Below, piece after piece: positions 9,353 through 20,424 of a stretch of DNA of 32,000 nucleotides. A program made the translations under genes and the position numbers. Location: NCBI RefSeq assembly GCF_000400465.1, contig NW_008806279.1, positions 356,107-388,106 of the forward strand, read 5' to 3'. The notes under the pieces are model-generated. The model was not told where the DNA came from. It was given only the letters and a program-made list of their open reading frames with translations, and searched no databases. This DNA is from Wallemia ichthyophaga EXF-994. Lineage: Eukaryota; Fungi; Basidiomycota. The stretch's first letter is position 1. Each line of letters begins with the position of its first letter.

Positions 9353-10971
9353 CTAAGCTCTTTAGCTGAGTGAATCTATATATATTAACAGACAAGCCAC
9401 GTGAATAATATTTGACTTACGAGAGTGAGCAGTCTGTGATGATTATTCTTGGTCATCTTTTGCGAGTCAGCTAAACAGAAAATCTAAAGACGGTGCACTG
9501 CGCCCACCAAAGAGAGGATGTTCACGAGGAACTGAGCGCCGATTGAGCTGTCAACAATCACTTTAATTGTAAAACTGTTGTTCGTTAGCTGATAGACTGA
9601 CACACCAATCAACTCACATGGTCTCTGCATCGTTCAGCAGCAGCCTCGACAGAAGTTCAACAGCATACTCATTCTTCCTCCCCATAGTGAGGCAGGCCAT
9701 AAGGCAACGCGCGCCGTAAAAATCAACGGACAGTTGCTTATATGAGTAGATCAGCAGGGTAGTGACGCGAGCAAGTGAAGATTCCGAAGCGCGTTCTATA
9801 AGATACTGTACGACGGTGGAGCCCCATTTGTTTAGTGCGCAGGAAGTTATGTTATCGAGAATCTACTCGTTTTAAGCTTGGCAAATCCTGTAAAACCCAA
9901 ACACACCTCATTGAAACACGCCCCAGCACCATCTTTACCGAGAATGGACTGAATGATGAGCGAGCCCGTGTCCGTATTCGCGCAGTGCACCCAGCGCCCC
10001 TTCATAGCGGCGTTGACGGTGGGCATGATATGAGGAGTGTAGATAAGCCATTTGATCTGCAAAGTCGGCCTATTAGCTGGTTATCTAATTTTTCAGTGCT
10101 TCGCTCACTTCTAACGCTTTTGACCAAACATGCGAAGCGTTCTAGAAGAAGTCAGGAGTATCCACAGTCGCAGCCAATCCCAAACGCACCTTATGCGTGA
10201 CTCCCTGAGCGACATTTTTGTCTAGGAGCTCATTTATAATGAGAAGCTTTAACAAAGTGTTAAAAAAAGCTCAGACTCATGATATAACCCGCCTTGACAT
10301 GCTCAGGAGACGTCGCCAGCAGCTTTTGGAGGACGTGAGTGCCGTACGAGTTCATAGCGACACCCTCGATCTGACCACTGATGGCATTGACTATACGCAA
10401 CTTATAGCTAATGTCTTCCACATCAAGGATCCTCTGTATGAGAAAGTTGCCGAAGCGATTAGTCGACAGCGGCAGAGCGCGGTTGAGAACAGCATCAACA
10501 AGAAGATCAAGCTGTGGGCGCTCGAGTGACTTGAGTTTCTGTTGCAGAAAGATGCTGGCCTGCTGATCAGTCTTGATAATGATGCGCTGGACGACCTCTA
10601 TGTGGTGATTAGACGTGTGTGACAAAGGCACAAGAGTCATAATCAGCGCACCTGCGTAGTTGACATCACTATTAGGCTTCAACATTTCTCTGAAATTCAA
10701 GTTGCTGTTGCGCGTATTGAGCTTGGCGCTGGTTAGCGCGGTCGTCGTGTTAGCGCTACACCCACGACGACCGCAGGAGGGGCGCTGAGGACAGCAGGCC
10801 AAGCCGAGTTGAGAGATTTGAATGAAGAGTTCTGATTTGTGTATAAATTCCCTGTCAAATCAACGCCGTGAACCCACTCTGCCGTCAAAACTCCAAATTT
10901 TGTCGATATCGTCATCCTGTAGAGAGATGAGCAGAGCGTGGGGATAAGAAAGCGCTAACTAACGTAAAACA
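9353..10971 (-). CDS. Pumilio/PUF-repeat RNA-binding protein, Mcp2/meiotic-PUF-like; multi-exon, 5' and 3' exons uncertain
   Basis: Spliced exons give IKTDQQASIFLQQKLK, STNRFGNFLIQR, MNSYGTHVLQK, THK/NASHVWSKALE, NTDTGSLIIQS, LNKWGSTVVQY and DFYGARCL (successive PUF repeats), separated by 43-52 nt GT-AG introns. Confidence 0.85.
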
Positions 10972-11145
10972 TTGCGGAATGTAAAGAATGTAAATAAATT
11001 AAACTAAAAAGATTTCGTTCCTGGTGGTGGGAGATTGACATGTGGATGGCGAGATGAGGATATCACTGCGGGTTGTTGTTGTTTTGATTCTGCCAGTTTT
11101 GCATTCTAAAACAATGTTAGTAGATAAAATCTACAATGCATGCAC

Positions 11146-12186
11146 TCACGCTGCTAATTGCGCCTGCATCGCTGCATATTGTTGGGCCATTACTATAGGG
11201 TTAAAAGGCATTTGCATGAATTGATATGGATTGTATTGATTAGACATTTGCGCTGGCGTCTGTGATTGCTGCACTGGCTGCTGCTGGAGGGCAACTTCAG
11301 GATTGAAATCACCAGCATTGTAATCGAGCTGGACAGGCCTTTGACGCGGTGTGTAATCGACAAAGTCATCAGCATGTCTCTGCTGGTGATGTTGCTGATT
11401 TGGCTGTTGCGGTTTGCTCTTCTTCTTACCCGCCTTCTTCTCCTTCTTAGCAGATTGCTCAGCCTCATCGTCAGAATGCTCTTGCTGCCAATCAGGGAGT
11501 TCTTCATCGTAGAGATTAGACGCATCGGAGCCCTTAACTTGATAGAGTGAGCGAGTGTCGATGATAGTAGCGTGTTGAGGAGCGTAGAAGACATGGTCAT
11601 TGTGAGTCACCAAGTTCCTATCAACAGCACCGTCTTCAATAAGGACGGAATGAACAGGTGCGTCAACAGAGCCAAAGGTTTCAAAAATCTCACCGAGTAG
11701 CTTGCCGTCATGTAAGCATAGTAGCGTGCCTTGATCGAGAGTCTTGTCTTTTCCGGAAACAGAAGATTGGATAACAAGCGTATTTTCGATGAGTGAGTGC
11801 AAGTGACCAACTTTAATCAATTCAACAGATTCAGGGAACTTTTCAAAAGGCAGTGGGCGTATGGTATGTTGAATGAGCTCGTTTTTAGTGTGAACAGCTT
11901 GAGAATTTGAAGGGATTGGGTCGTCTGGGTCGTTTATCTCTAATTGATTGACGGTATCGTCTACAATAGGATTAGAATCAACTTCCCATTGATCTTGTGC
12001 ATCTTCTTGGTCGCTGTTGTTGCTGCTGCTGTTGCTGCTACTGCTACTAACGCTACTGCTACTGCTGCTACTAACACTGCTGCTCCTCTGCCTCTGCCTA
12101 GAAACAGGTACGGGATCAGGTGGTTGCTCAGCAATAGAATTTTCTAATATTTCTCTAATGTCTTGTGGTAACTGGCTGTTCATCAT
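11146..12186 (-). CDS. NAF1: H/ACA RNP assembly factor Naf1 (Gar1/Naf1 domain)
   Basis: VGHLHSLIENTLVI...LDQGTLLCLHDGKLLGEIFETFGSVDAP and the hallmark GSDASNLYDEEL...EHSDDEAE. Ser/acidic N-terminus and Q/P-rich tail. First ATG in frame is MMNSQLPQD at 12186. Confidence 0.92.
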   Translation of the reverse strand: MMNSQLPQDIREILENSIAEQPPDPVPVSRQRQRSSSVSSSSSSSVSSSSSNSSSNNSDQEDAQDQWEVDSNPIVDDTVNQLEINDPDDPIPSNSQAVHTKNELIQHTIRPLPFEKFPESVELIKVGHLHSLIENTLVIQSSVSGKDKTLDQGTLLCLHDGKLLGEIFETFGSVDAPVHSVLIEDGAVDRNLVTHNDHVFYAPQHATIIDTRSLYQVKGSDASNLYDEELPDWQQEHSDDEAEQSAKKEKKAGKKKSKPQQPNQQHHQQRHADDFVDYTPRQRPVQLDYNAGDFNPEVALQQQPVQQSQTPAQMSNQYNPYQFMQMPFNPIVMAQQYAAMQAQLAA

Positions 12187-12850
12187 GGACGCTAATGAGG
12201 ATGAGCACGACAAGGTGATAACACAGTTAATAAGGATTGAGGAGGTTGTGGATAGTAAATTGAATGAATTAATAAAATTTAATAAGGATCTGTTGAAGTC
12301 ACACACTAGTATTTCAGTTGCAGAGACTGAAATAAACCAATTAAATCTCGAGACTATTGAATTATTTGAAAAGCTTGGTAAATTACTTGAACAGCTTTCT
12401 ATAAACTCAAATCACCCAAATCAGCAACTCATCTATGACAGGCACCAGTCGATACACTCAAACTATAAATCTGAGTTTAATAGGATTTCTACTGCACTTA
12501 CCAATTCTCTCAACTCCGCTAATCTCTTGTCTTCTGTTAGAAACGATATCGACGCGTATAAGCTGTCTCACCAGTCTGACACAGACATGCTCCTTGCTGA
12601 ACGTGGCAAACTAGACAACTCCCATTCCATTCTAGACAGCTCTCTCTCTCAAGCTTTTGAAACTCGCGCTGATTTTAGCAACCAAGGCGCGTCTCTCAAG
12701 AGCATTTCACTCCGCCTCAAGTCTTCCATGCACTCAATTCCAGGTGTTAACAGCCTTCTCACTCTTATTAGCGCTAGACGCAAGCGCGACTCTATCATTT
12801 TGGGTTTGCTTATAGCCTTCTGCATAATCATTATATTCAATTACATCTAG
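12185..12850 (+). CDS. GOS1: Golgi Qb-SNARE Gos1/GOSR1 (221 aa)
   Basis: ANLLSSVRNDIDAYK...LLAERGKLDNSHS..D..LSQAFETRADF..Q...IPGVNSLLTLISARRKRDSIIL plus a C-terminal TM anchor. Length matches the Gos1 family when started at ATG 12185. Confidence 0.92.
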   Translation: MDANEDEHDKVITQLIRIEEVVDSKLNELIKFNKDLLKSHTSISVAETEINQLNLETIELFEKLGKLLEQLSINSNHPNQQLIYDRHQSIHSNYKSEFNRISTALTNSLNSANLLSSVRNDIDAYKLSHQSDTDMLLAERGKLDNSHSILDSSLSQAFETRADFSNQGASLKSISLRLKSSMHSIPGVNSLLTLISARRKRDSIILGLLIAFCIIIIFNYI

Positions 12851-12914
12851 ACGGTTATCTGTATTCATTTTTATATTGTACAACATTACTATCTTTCTAT
12901 TACGTCACTTCCTT

Positions 12915-14867
12915 TCAAACTGGATAAGGCTCTTCGGGTGGACTGTCAACAATAAAAGGCGAATCATCATTTCCCTTTTTGCTAATCAGCTGAAACAGTT
13001 CATCGAGATTGCCATACTTGCTCCTTTTCGCTGAATCAGGCGGGCTGCTCGCGAGCTCGTCAATCTCATCCTCATCCTCTCGTGTACTACTGCTCTTTTC
13101 AAATCCTGGCAAATGCAGCACTACGTCATTTTTCTTACCATTCACAGGTGAGACAAACTCGCTACTGTCAGGCGGTGATGATGGCGGCAATTTACTAAAA
13201 TCGAACGGTGTCGCAGCATTGCTGTTTTTTCTTGCACTAGCATCGCCTACCACAACCGTCGTATCATCATCATCATCCTCCGCCTCAGACGACATGGCCC
13301 ACTTGAGCGGGGACGGGTTCTGCGTGTGCTCCTGCTGCAAAGGAAATGAGCCCAAATTATCTACAGAATTATACCTGGAGCTGTTTTTGTCCTGCTCCTT
13401 TGCATCTACATCCGCCTCAGAGAAAACATGCTTGAGCATCGTACCAGGACTGCTATTAAGTATATCCTGGAGATATTCATTATTATACGCCGTCTTTCGC
13501 GGTGGTGATGTATATGGCCCAGTCGGTATTTTGAATCCTGGCTCAGCCTCCTTCCGCGGCGGTGCTTTGAGTAAGTTGTCGCGTTTATTGAGTTTATTTG
13601 CGCCTAAATCGCCCAGCACATTGCCAAGACCTGAAAGGGCTGTTTTGTTTCGTTTTGGAGGGTATGAATCATGTGCGCTATGTCGCATTTGCGTCTGCGT
13701 CAGTGCTTGGGAACTTTGGGACTGAGAAACACTAAAAGACCTCCGGACAGGACTGCCGTCACCAGTATGTACATTTACGTTCTCATCTCGGCGCGAATGT
13801 GTGCTAATTTTCCGCCGACTCTTGGTACCTTTGTTTAACTCTTTCTTTTCTTCCTCAGCCCTCCACAGAGCTTCAGGACGCATGCTATTATTTTTCTTCC
13901 AGTAAAGTCCACATGCTGGTAATTAACTGGTTAGGAGAAAGTAAAAATTGCACACCCTTCGTCACCCACAGTTACACGCTCTGACACGACCAGTCGCTGA
14001 TGAGGGCTCACCAACAAATCGCCAGGCCGAGGTATCTGTCGTGCCACATATTACGCACTGCTCCTGGTTTTCTAGGGCCGGGTATTAGCACAAACATGTT
14101 AACAGAGACGACGACTCACTCTCAATCTTTTTTGCTACATGGCTCTCTCTTTCCCTGTCTCTGTCTTTGTTACTGTCCCTCTCTTTCTCCTTCTTAATAT
14201 GAGAGCTGCTGACTCTGCGCGAAGGTGGTGTCGATGGAGCGCGTTTTCGTGGTCTACCCCTGCCATTGCTAACACTCGAGCTAGTGCTCTGTTTTGGAAG
14301 GTACTGAGTGGGTGTATTATTCTGTTTAGTATGAGTGAGTGCTATCAACGCACAGTCCACCCACCTTCTGGAATCTGAGGACCACTTTGAGGACATCACC
14401 GTCATCTTCAAAAGGATCACCCTGCTCTAGCGTACCTATAATGAGTTTCGTTTGATCTGAGAGACAACGTTTGACAGCGCCTTCGATGGCGAACACTGGT
14501 TGATGTTCGACGGTGCTAATTTTTTCACTTTCATACGCGTTCATAGCGTGTAAAGTGTAGTCATCGAGTAACTCCGGGCTAATTTATTTGTAAGGCGCGT
14601 TGGATTTTCTGAAAACACGATACTCACCTCGTTACGCACGCTTGAGTGAGACAATCGCGGAGGCTGCAGCGCCCAAAAGAGCCAAAATTATTTTGTACCA
14701 CTTCCACTTCAATGGCTTGAGTACGAGACATGAAAGTGTGAGATGAGGGGAGTATCGTGTAGACGATATTGGCTGAGATTTGAGTGAGAATTGACGTTTT
14801 AGCCTAATTGATGCGCACCTTCTAGCGTCTTCACAATTCGCGCTTTCTTACTTGGCCGTCCTGCCAT
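12915..14867 (-). CDS. AMS2: Ams2/Spt21-family GATA transcription factor (6 exons) with AT-hook
   Basis: Hand-spliced: MAGRPSKKARIVKTLE/ANIVYTIL...GRCSLRDCLTQACVT/SPELLDDYTLH...IIGTL...VLKVVLRFQK (Spt21/Ams2 N-domain). Then GRGRPRKR, then CVIC-X23-CN/SCGLYWKKNNSMRPEALW (Ams2-type GATA finger split by intron 13916-13969), then a low-complexity tail (ORF 12915-13883). Confidence 0.82.
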
Positions 14868-15193
14868 TTCAATTTAGTCGTCGTGGGCGTTTGAGCGAAC
14901 CCGGCAACGCGCTATCAAAGTCAGACGCGTTTGAGATTACTTGGACAATTATAAAAATTATTGCGTTATACATTCTAAGGTGATTGTATTTACAAATGTA
15001 TTATCAAATAAAAGGAGCTGCTATTGTCACATAACTCTATGATAATAGCGCTAAGGGTAGAGTGGGGGACTGTTGGCTGAGGTAGTACTGGCTGTGAATA
15101 AGTTGAGTGATGACGATAAATTGCTACACCAACATTCTCCTCACTGCCTCTCCTCTTTTCTTAACATCACCTACAAATTCTAAAAAAACCGGA

Positions 15194-15976
15194 ATGCGTC
15201 AGAAACGTGCTAAAGCGTATGAGCGTCTAATGACAGCATACGAGCGATACTTTCGCTACCGACAACCCTACCAAATTCTTATCGACGATGCCTTCGCGCT
15301 CAACCTACACCGCGCCCAGCTAAGCCCACAGAAGCAATGCGATATGGTTATGCGCAGTGAAACCAAAATCATGATTACTCAGTGTACTATGCAGGCCCTT
15401 TATGCTCGCGGTCCAGAGTGTCAACCCGCCGTCGATCTCGCAAAATCATTCGAAAGGCGTAAATGTAATCATAGAGAGACTATTCCAGTACACGAATGTA
15501 TTAAAAGCGTCGTTGGGGATACGAACAAGCATAGATACGTCATAGCGACGACCAACACTGAACTCAGGAAACACCTCCATTCTATCCCAGGCATACCAAT
15601 ACTCCACTATAATAGAATGGTTATTGTCCTTGAACCGCCATCTGATGCAACATCAAACCGTATTAAACAAATTGAGGGCGAGAAAGTGTCTCAGTCGGTT
15701 GTTGAAAAGAAGGTGCTCGACGGACAGGCAAAGGAGGAAGCGGGTGAAAAACCTAGGGAGGAAAATAGCGAACAACCAAAGAAAAAGAAGAGGAAGGGGC
15801 CCAAAGGACCAAATCCTCTTGCTGCGAAGAAGAAGAAACCTGAAAAGTCAAAGCCACAGAAGCATGACACTGATAAAGACGATAAAGACGCACCAAAGAA
15901 GAAGAGGAGTAGGAGGAGGAACAAAATTGGCGGTGATAGTGGCAGTGCGGATACACCTACACCTGCAACCGCATAG
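15194..15976 (+). CDS. UTP23: rRNA-processing PIN-domain protein Utp23
   Basis: MRQKRAKAY...FRYRQPYQILIDD, MITQCTM..LY, AKSFERRKCNH, NKHRYVIAT, LHSIPGIP, and a Lys-rich tail with KGPKGPNPLAAKKKK. Confidence 0.95.
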   Translation: MRQKRAKAYERLMTAYERYFRYRQPYQILIDDAFALNLHRAQLSPQKQCDMVMRSETKIMITQCTMQALYARGPECQPAVDLAKSFERRKCNHRETIPVHECIKSVVGDTNKHRYVIATTNTELRKHLHSIPGIPILHYNRMVIVLEPPSDATSNRIKQIEGEKVSQSVVEKKVLDGQAKEEAGEKPREENSEQPKKKKRKGPKGPNPLAAKKKKPEKSKPQKHDTDKDDKDAPKKKRSRRRNKIGGDSGSADTPTPATA

Positions 15977-16102
15977 ACAGCATGTTCTACTTATACATAT
16001 TATATTTATTGCACACTCACTCATCACTAACGCGTGGATATGTATCGATCAATTACAAACAGAACTTTGGTATGTGCCTCTTGACGAGATCTCTTACTTG
16101 CA

Positions 16103-16316
16103 CTAAAGCAAGTTACCGTCTTTGCCCTTAAATTCTCCACTGTTGGCTGCAGTATCCTTGGTACCTGCGAATTGGAAGTCGCCATTTGTGCCTGCGCGCT
16201 TTAACTAGTGGGATTGTCAGCAGATTGCACTTCCGCACAAGAAGACGAACGGCTGGTTGTGCAGCGGTGACAGCTGCAAAGATTGCGAGGGTGAAAGAAA
16301 GCAGCTTGATTTGCAT
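16103..16316 (-). CDS. Small secreted peptide precursor (~55 aa): signal peptide, KR site, ~30-aa Gly-rich peptide
   Basis: Exon 1 MQIKLLSFTLAIFAAVTAAQPA; intron 16205-16250 (GTTCGT...CTGAC...CTAG); exon 2 LKRAGTNGDFQFAGTKDTAANSGEFKGKDGNLL*. The 3' end could be further spliced. Confidence 0.65.
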
Positions 16317-16470
16317 GGTTGTAGTTGAATAGGCGTGTACCCCTCTGCCCTTAAATACTCTTCTTCAAACCAAGCATTCCAATCTATAGTGTGAATGTGC
16401 AGATGTAATATACTTATGGTATAGCATTATAAACGACAAATTAGAACAAAATATATAAGTTTCATTTCAT

Positions 16471-19313
16471 CTACTCCTCCTCTTCATCCTCCCACTCGGG
16501 ACCAATTTCCATCTGAGCTACTGCACCAATACCCATCAGCAGGCCTGATTGAGCATCAAGAATCTTCAAGCACGCCGATATCTCATCCAGAGCACCATTT
16601 TCAGCTTCCTCCTCCTCTAGCACCAGCTCCAAATCTTCCTGGTCGACATCACCGCCATTGTTGTGTTTCCCAAATTTCTGTATACGCTGCTTGCGCTTCT
16701 CATGCATATCATGCAGCTGCTGCTCGACTGCCTTGGTGAAAGTTGTCGCAATTGGCTGCTTCAGGTTTGGAATTCCAAACGTAGACACTAACTTGTAGAA
16801 GCAGTTCACTAACACACCTAAGAATGTTGGATCAACTTCATCGCTAATTGCCTCAACGACATTAGCAAACGTCGTGTCAATCACCTCCTCACTAGCTTGT
16901 CCGGTGAGTTTAGCGATCTCTGCACATTGTGGAACGAGACTGCATTTGTTGGTTAGCAGCCGTCATTTGTAAATTATCAAACCCACTGTGAAGATGCCTC
17001 TCTCACACCATCATGAAAGTAGAACTTTAAACTAGACAGAGCGATCTCCAAGGATTGAACTGCGAATGGACCGAAATGCTCCTTCAACTCAGTGGCATAG
17101 ACGACAAGGGTTTCCATTGCAGTGTTTTTATCTTCGAGCGCAGATGTCTGAATTCCGACGTTTTGATCAGCCATCCTCATCCATTCCAATTCTGGGTTGG
17201 CATCTTTATCTACCTCATCGTCATCGGCTACTTGCAACTCTGGCTTGATCTGTGCTGCTACAAGCAGTGGTGGCATCACGGAAGGAAGATATGGTGCAAA
17301 CTCTGGTCCCATTACACCAGCAATTCTAGCCCATGCGCTTATTAAGTAGCTGATCTGTGGATCGTCACTCTCTGTAACTTGGCTCTGGATAACGGCAAGG
17401 AGCTCCGCTAATTTATTTGCATCAGGGAGGAAGGTTTCACGACCAACAGCCATTGAGATTAAGGTTGCACATTCCATCGCTTTACCCTTCATCATCCTGA
17501 ATTCCGGACCAAGGTTTGCGCCGAGGACGTTTATAAGTAATGGCATTACAGTGGAGTAATACTTTGCAAACTTCTCCTCAGCTGCATCCGCAACAGTAGC
17601 AATGGTAGTGATGCTCTGCTCTTGCACATAGCGCTTCGAGCTGGTACCGAGGAGATGCAAGAGCCTTTCAATCAAGCCATCCATGTATGGCTCAAACAAT
17701 TCAACTTCAGGTGGAGCATCAAAGAAGTTTACAAGTGCAGCAGAAGCGTGTGCTTGAACTCTTGGACTTCTGTCCTGCACAAGGCTCGCCAAAGCCTTTA
17801 GGATAGGATCGTAGAAAGCTTCTTGGAGAGATTCTGCAAAGTCAGTGCAGAGCTGACCGATAGCATGACAAGCGCCATGACGAACGCGAGGATGAGGATC
17901 GTTGAAAGTAGGCTCAATTAGCGAGATGACCTTGTCTAGTTCCGAGTTTAAGTTCTTGTATGAACCTTCGCCAATTGAAGCGATAGCCATCAAACCACCG
18001 AGACGCTCTTGCCAATTTTGTGAAGAAATCATCGCAGGGATGAGCGTGAATGCAGGTGGGAGGATCGCTTTACCGCCGAGAGCGCTGGAAAGTCTGTCTA
18101 TGTATTCCTCACCAACTTGAGCCTGTTCCTCCTCTTCTGGAACGTCGTCAATATCTTCAGTCGTTTCCCAATCCTCGTCGGACGATCTAATTGACATCCA
18201 CTTGAGACAAATTCTGATGAAAATTTCTGAAAAACGAGCGTTGCGTCTGCATGCAGCTGAGACACCCTCTGCCAAGCTAAGTAAAAGCTCAAGAGCAGGT
18301 TGACGGACTTCGAATGGGCATGCATCATTCTCTGCGATCTCAGCAGCGAAGTTGAGGACGTTGTTGAGGTGCGACTCGAACAAAGCTGGATGAGAAGAGG
18401 CAAGAGATGTGAATGTAAGCAGAGCATGACGCAAGCTGTCGAAATCACCAGTTTGAGCGAGTGGAGGGAGCAACTCAAACGTGATAACCAAGATTGGAGA
18501 CAATTGAATTCGAGTTGATCTATCCGAGTCGATGAGGGTAGATGAGAATGCTTTGAGGGCTGTCAAACGAACCTAAATAGTGTGAGATGAGTGAGTTGTA
18601 TAAGTGAGACAACTCACATTGGTATGAGCATCTTGCAATCCTTGTGAGAACAATGGTTTAAGTTGATCCATTGGCATGTCCATGAGCATAACGGGTACAC
18701 CTGACCAAACTCTCCATGCAGATTCGCGAATGGAAGGTGTATCGCTAGCGACGCATTGGAACAAAGCGGACGAAAGCTCGTTCCAGCTTTGGCCTCTGCT
18801 GAGACTATCTCTTGCGAGCTCTGCAAGAGTGTCTGCCAGCTTATTCCTTACTCCCTGGGCATGTTCATGGACCAATTGATTGATAAGTCTCACGGACTGT
18901 AACCATGATTTGTAAGTAGAGACCGCTCAAAAACAAGAAAACCGCACAATTTTTTGTCTTGTCTCGAGACGCAGGATATCTGCCCAGAGTTCCTGTGTTG
19001 GGTTGGTCTGATCTGGACGCTGGAACGCCAGTCTTCTCATCAGGACCAAAGCGAAAGAGCGCACCTGTGGGAGGTAAGAAGTGGAACAGGTTAATAACCT
19101 ACACGCACATGCTCCACTTGATGTGTGGCAGCTACTTCTGCAATCCCAGCTAGTGTATCGTCTGGGTGAGCAATTACCAGATTATCCTGCAAGATCTGTA
19201 TGGTGTTAGTGCGCAACCAAACGCAGCGCCACGCCCACCTTCTCTGCTCTAGATCTAATATCATTTGCAGAACTCTGTAACTGGTCTATCAAACTGAATA
19301 ACTCTGCGCTCAT
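16471..19313 (-). CDS. PSE1: Importin-beta-3/Kap121 (Pse1, IPO5) family HEAT-repeat protein, about 870 aa, C-terminally short
   Basis: MSAELFSLIDQLQSSANDIRSRAEK; WQERLGGLMAIASIGEG; DPHPRVRHGACHAIGQLCTDF; PRVQAHASAALVNF; GKAMECATLI; LKFYFHDGVREAS. Stop at 16471 after EWEDEEEE. Confidence 0.88.
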
Positions 19314-19698
19314 TATTTGCGGACTGCCTCGTCTTGGTGGTTGAGGTGAAAGAGTCCAAGTGATGATAACAAACTTGTTAGGAGTATCGTTCAAAGCGGG
19401 ATTTAGACAGACTGTCAGGTCTTGTTGAAGGTCAGAGAGAGTTAGACGAGTGAGATAAAGCTTACTGGGAGTAGCGCAAATTATTTACAGGGAATGGGTT
19501 ATACCCGTCTTCCTATGGCCCCAAGACGCCGAAACGCAAGGAAAATAAGAAAGGCGTGAGTTCCGCTTTAACACCGCAGCGGCGGCTGAGACGCACGTGA
19601 CTCACGCCTTTTGTTTGTTGTGTTTCACGAACCCGGCTAACGGCGCACAAACACAAAAATTGTACAAGTGAAAGAATGGGATATATTATATGCGTCTA

Positions 19699-20424
19699 TT
19701 ACGTTCCAGGTGGATCAGCGAATGGATCTTCTGCATCCGTTGGCGTTTCCTCCATCCTTTGTTTCTGTTGCGCGTTAAATTTTGGTATAGACGAGCTTGA
19801 TTGGCGGGACTTGGATGAGGTTGATTTGTGTGTAGGTCTAGGTGGCTGTATGCGCTGTATAAGTTGAGGTTTGCGCGGATATAAAGCACCACTTACAGCA
19901 CCACTCCCACAATCCTGATAGAGCTGCTTGAAACGGCTATTATGAGAATTCTCATCACATAGCGATCGCAGCACCGCTCTAAGTTTCTTTTTCACTTTAG
20001 GATCGTAGTTTGGATCGGATGCGATCAACCGGAATCGTGCCTCAAGTTCGCTGTCTGGGAAATCACCACTTGAGACGCCATTAGATACGCAGCCGTGAAA
20101 TATCTAAGCGTGGTGTTATAGTAATCCATGCAAATACAGTCAACCCACTGTCAAAGCACGGATATGCTGATGGTTAGTGCCATGCTTGAGTTGCTTGCGC
20201 ATTGCTCTGCTAGCTTCAACTTGACCAGTCCTCTTCATAAGCTGCATGCTTTCAACGATATCGAATACGCTGTGTACAACTGAGCTCAGCTGCCGTATGA
20301 TAATACATCCAACTCACCCATCAATTGAAGATTCTTCGTATTCTTTACTACAGTATATCTCAATAAGCCTCGTCACGCTCGATGTCTCTTTCTCCCCGTT
20401 AAGCACTTTTCTCAATGATTTCAT
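19699..20424 (-). CDS. Lsb5-like VHS-domain protein (~190-200 aa, no GAT domain seen)
   Basis: Spliced: MKSLRKVLNGEKETSSVTRLIEIYCSKEYEESSIDG/VFDIVESMQL...EASRAMRKQLKHGTNHQHIRALT/IFHGCV...RFRLIASDPNYDPKVKKKL; ends DPFADPPGT*. Confidence 0.75.

Noticed and set aside
19594-19604. Overlapping CACGTG E-box and TGACTCA AP-1/Gcn4-like site upstream of the importin
   Set aside because: Plausible promoter element, but short motifs cannot be supported without conservation or binding data.
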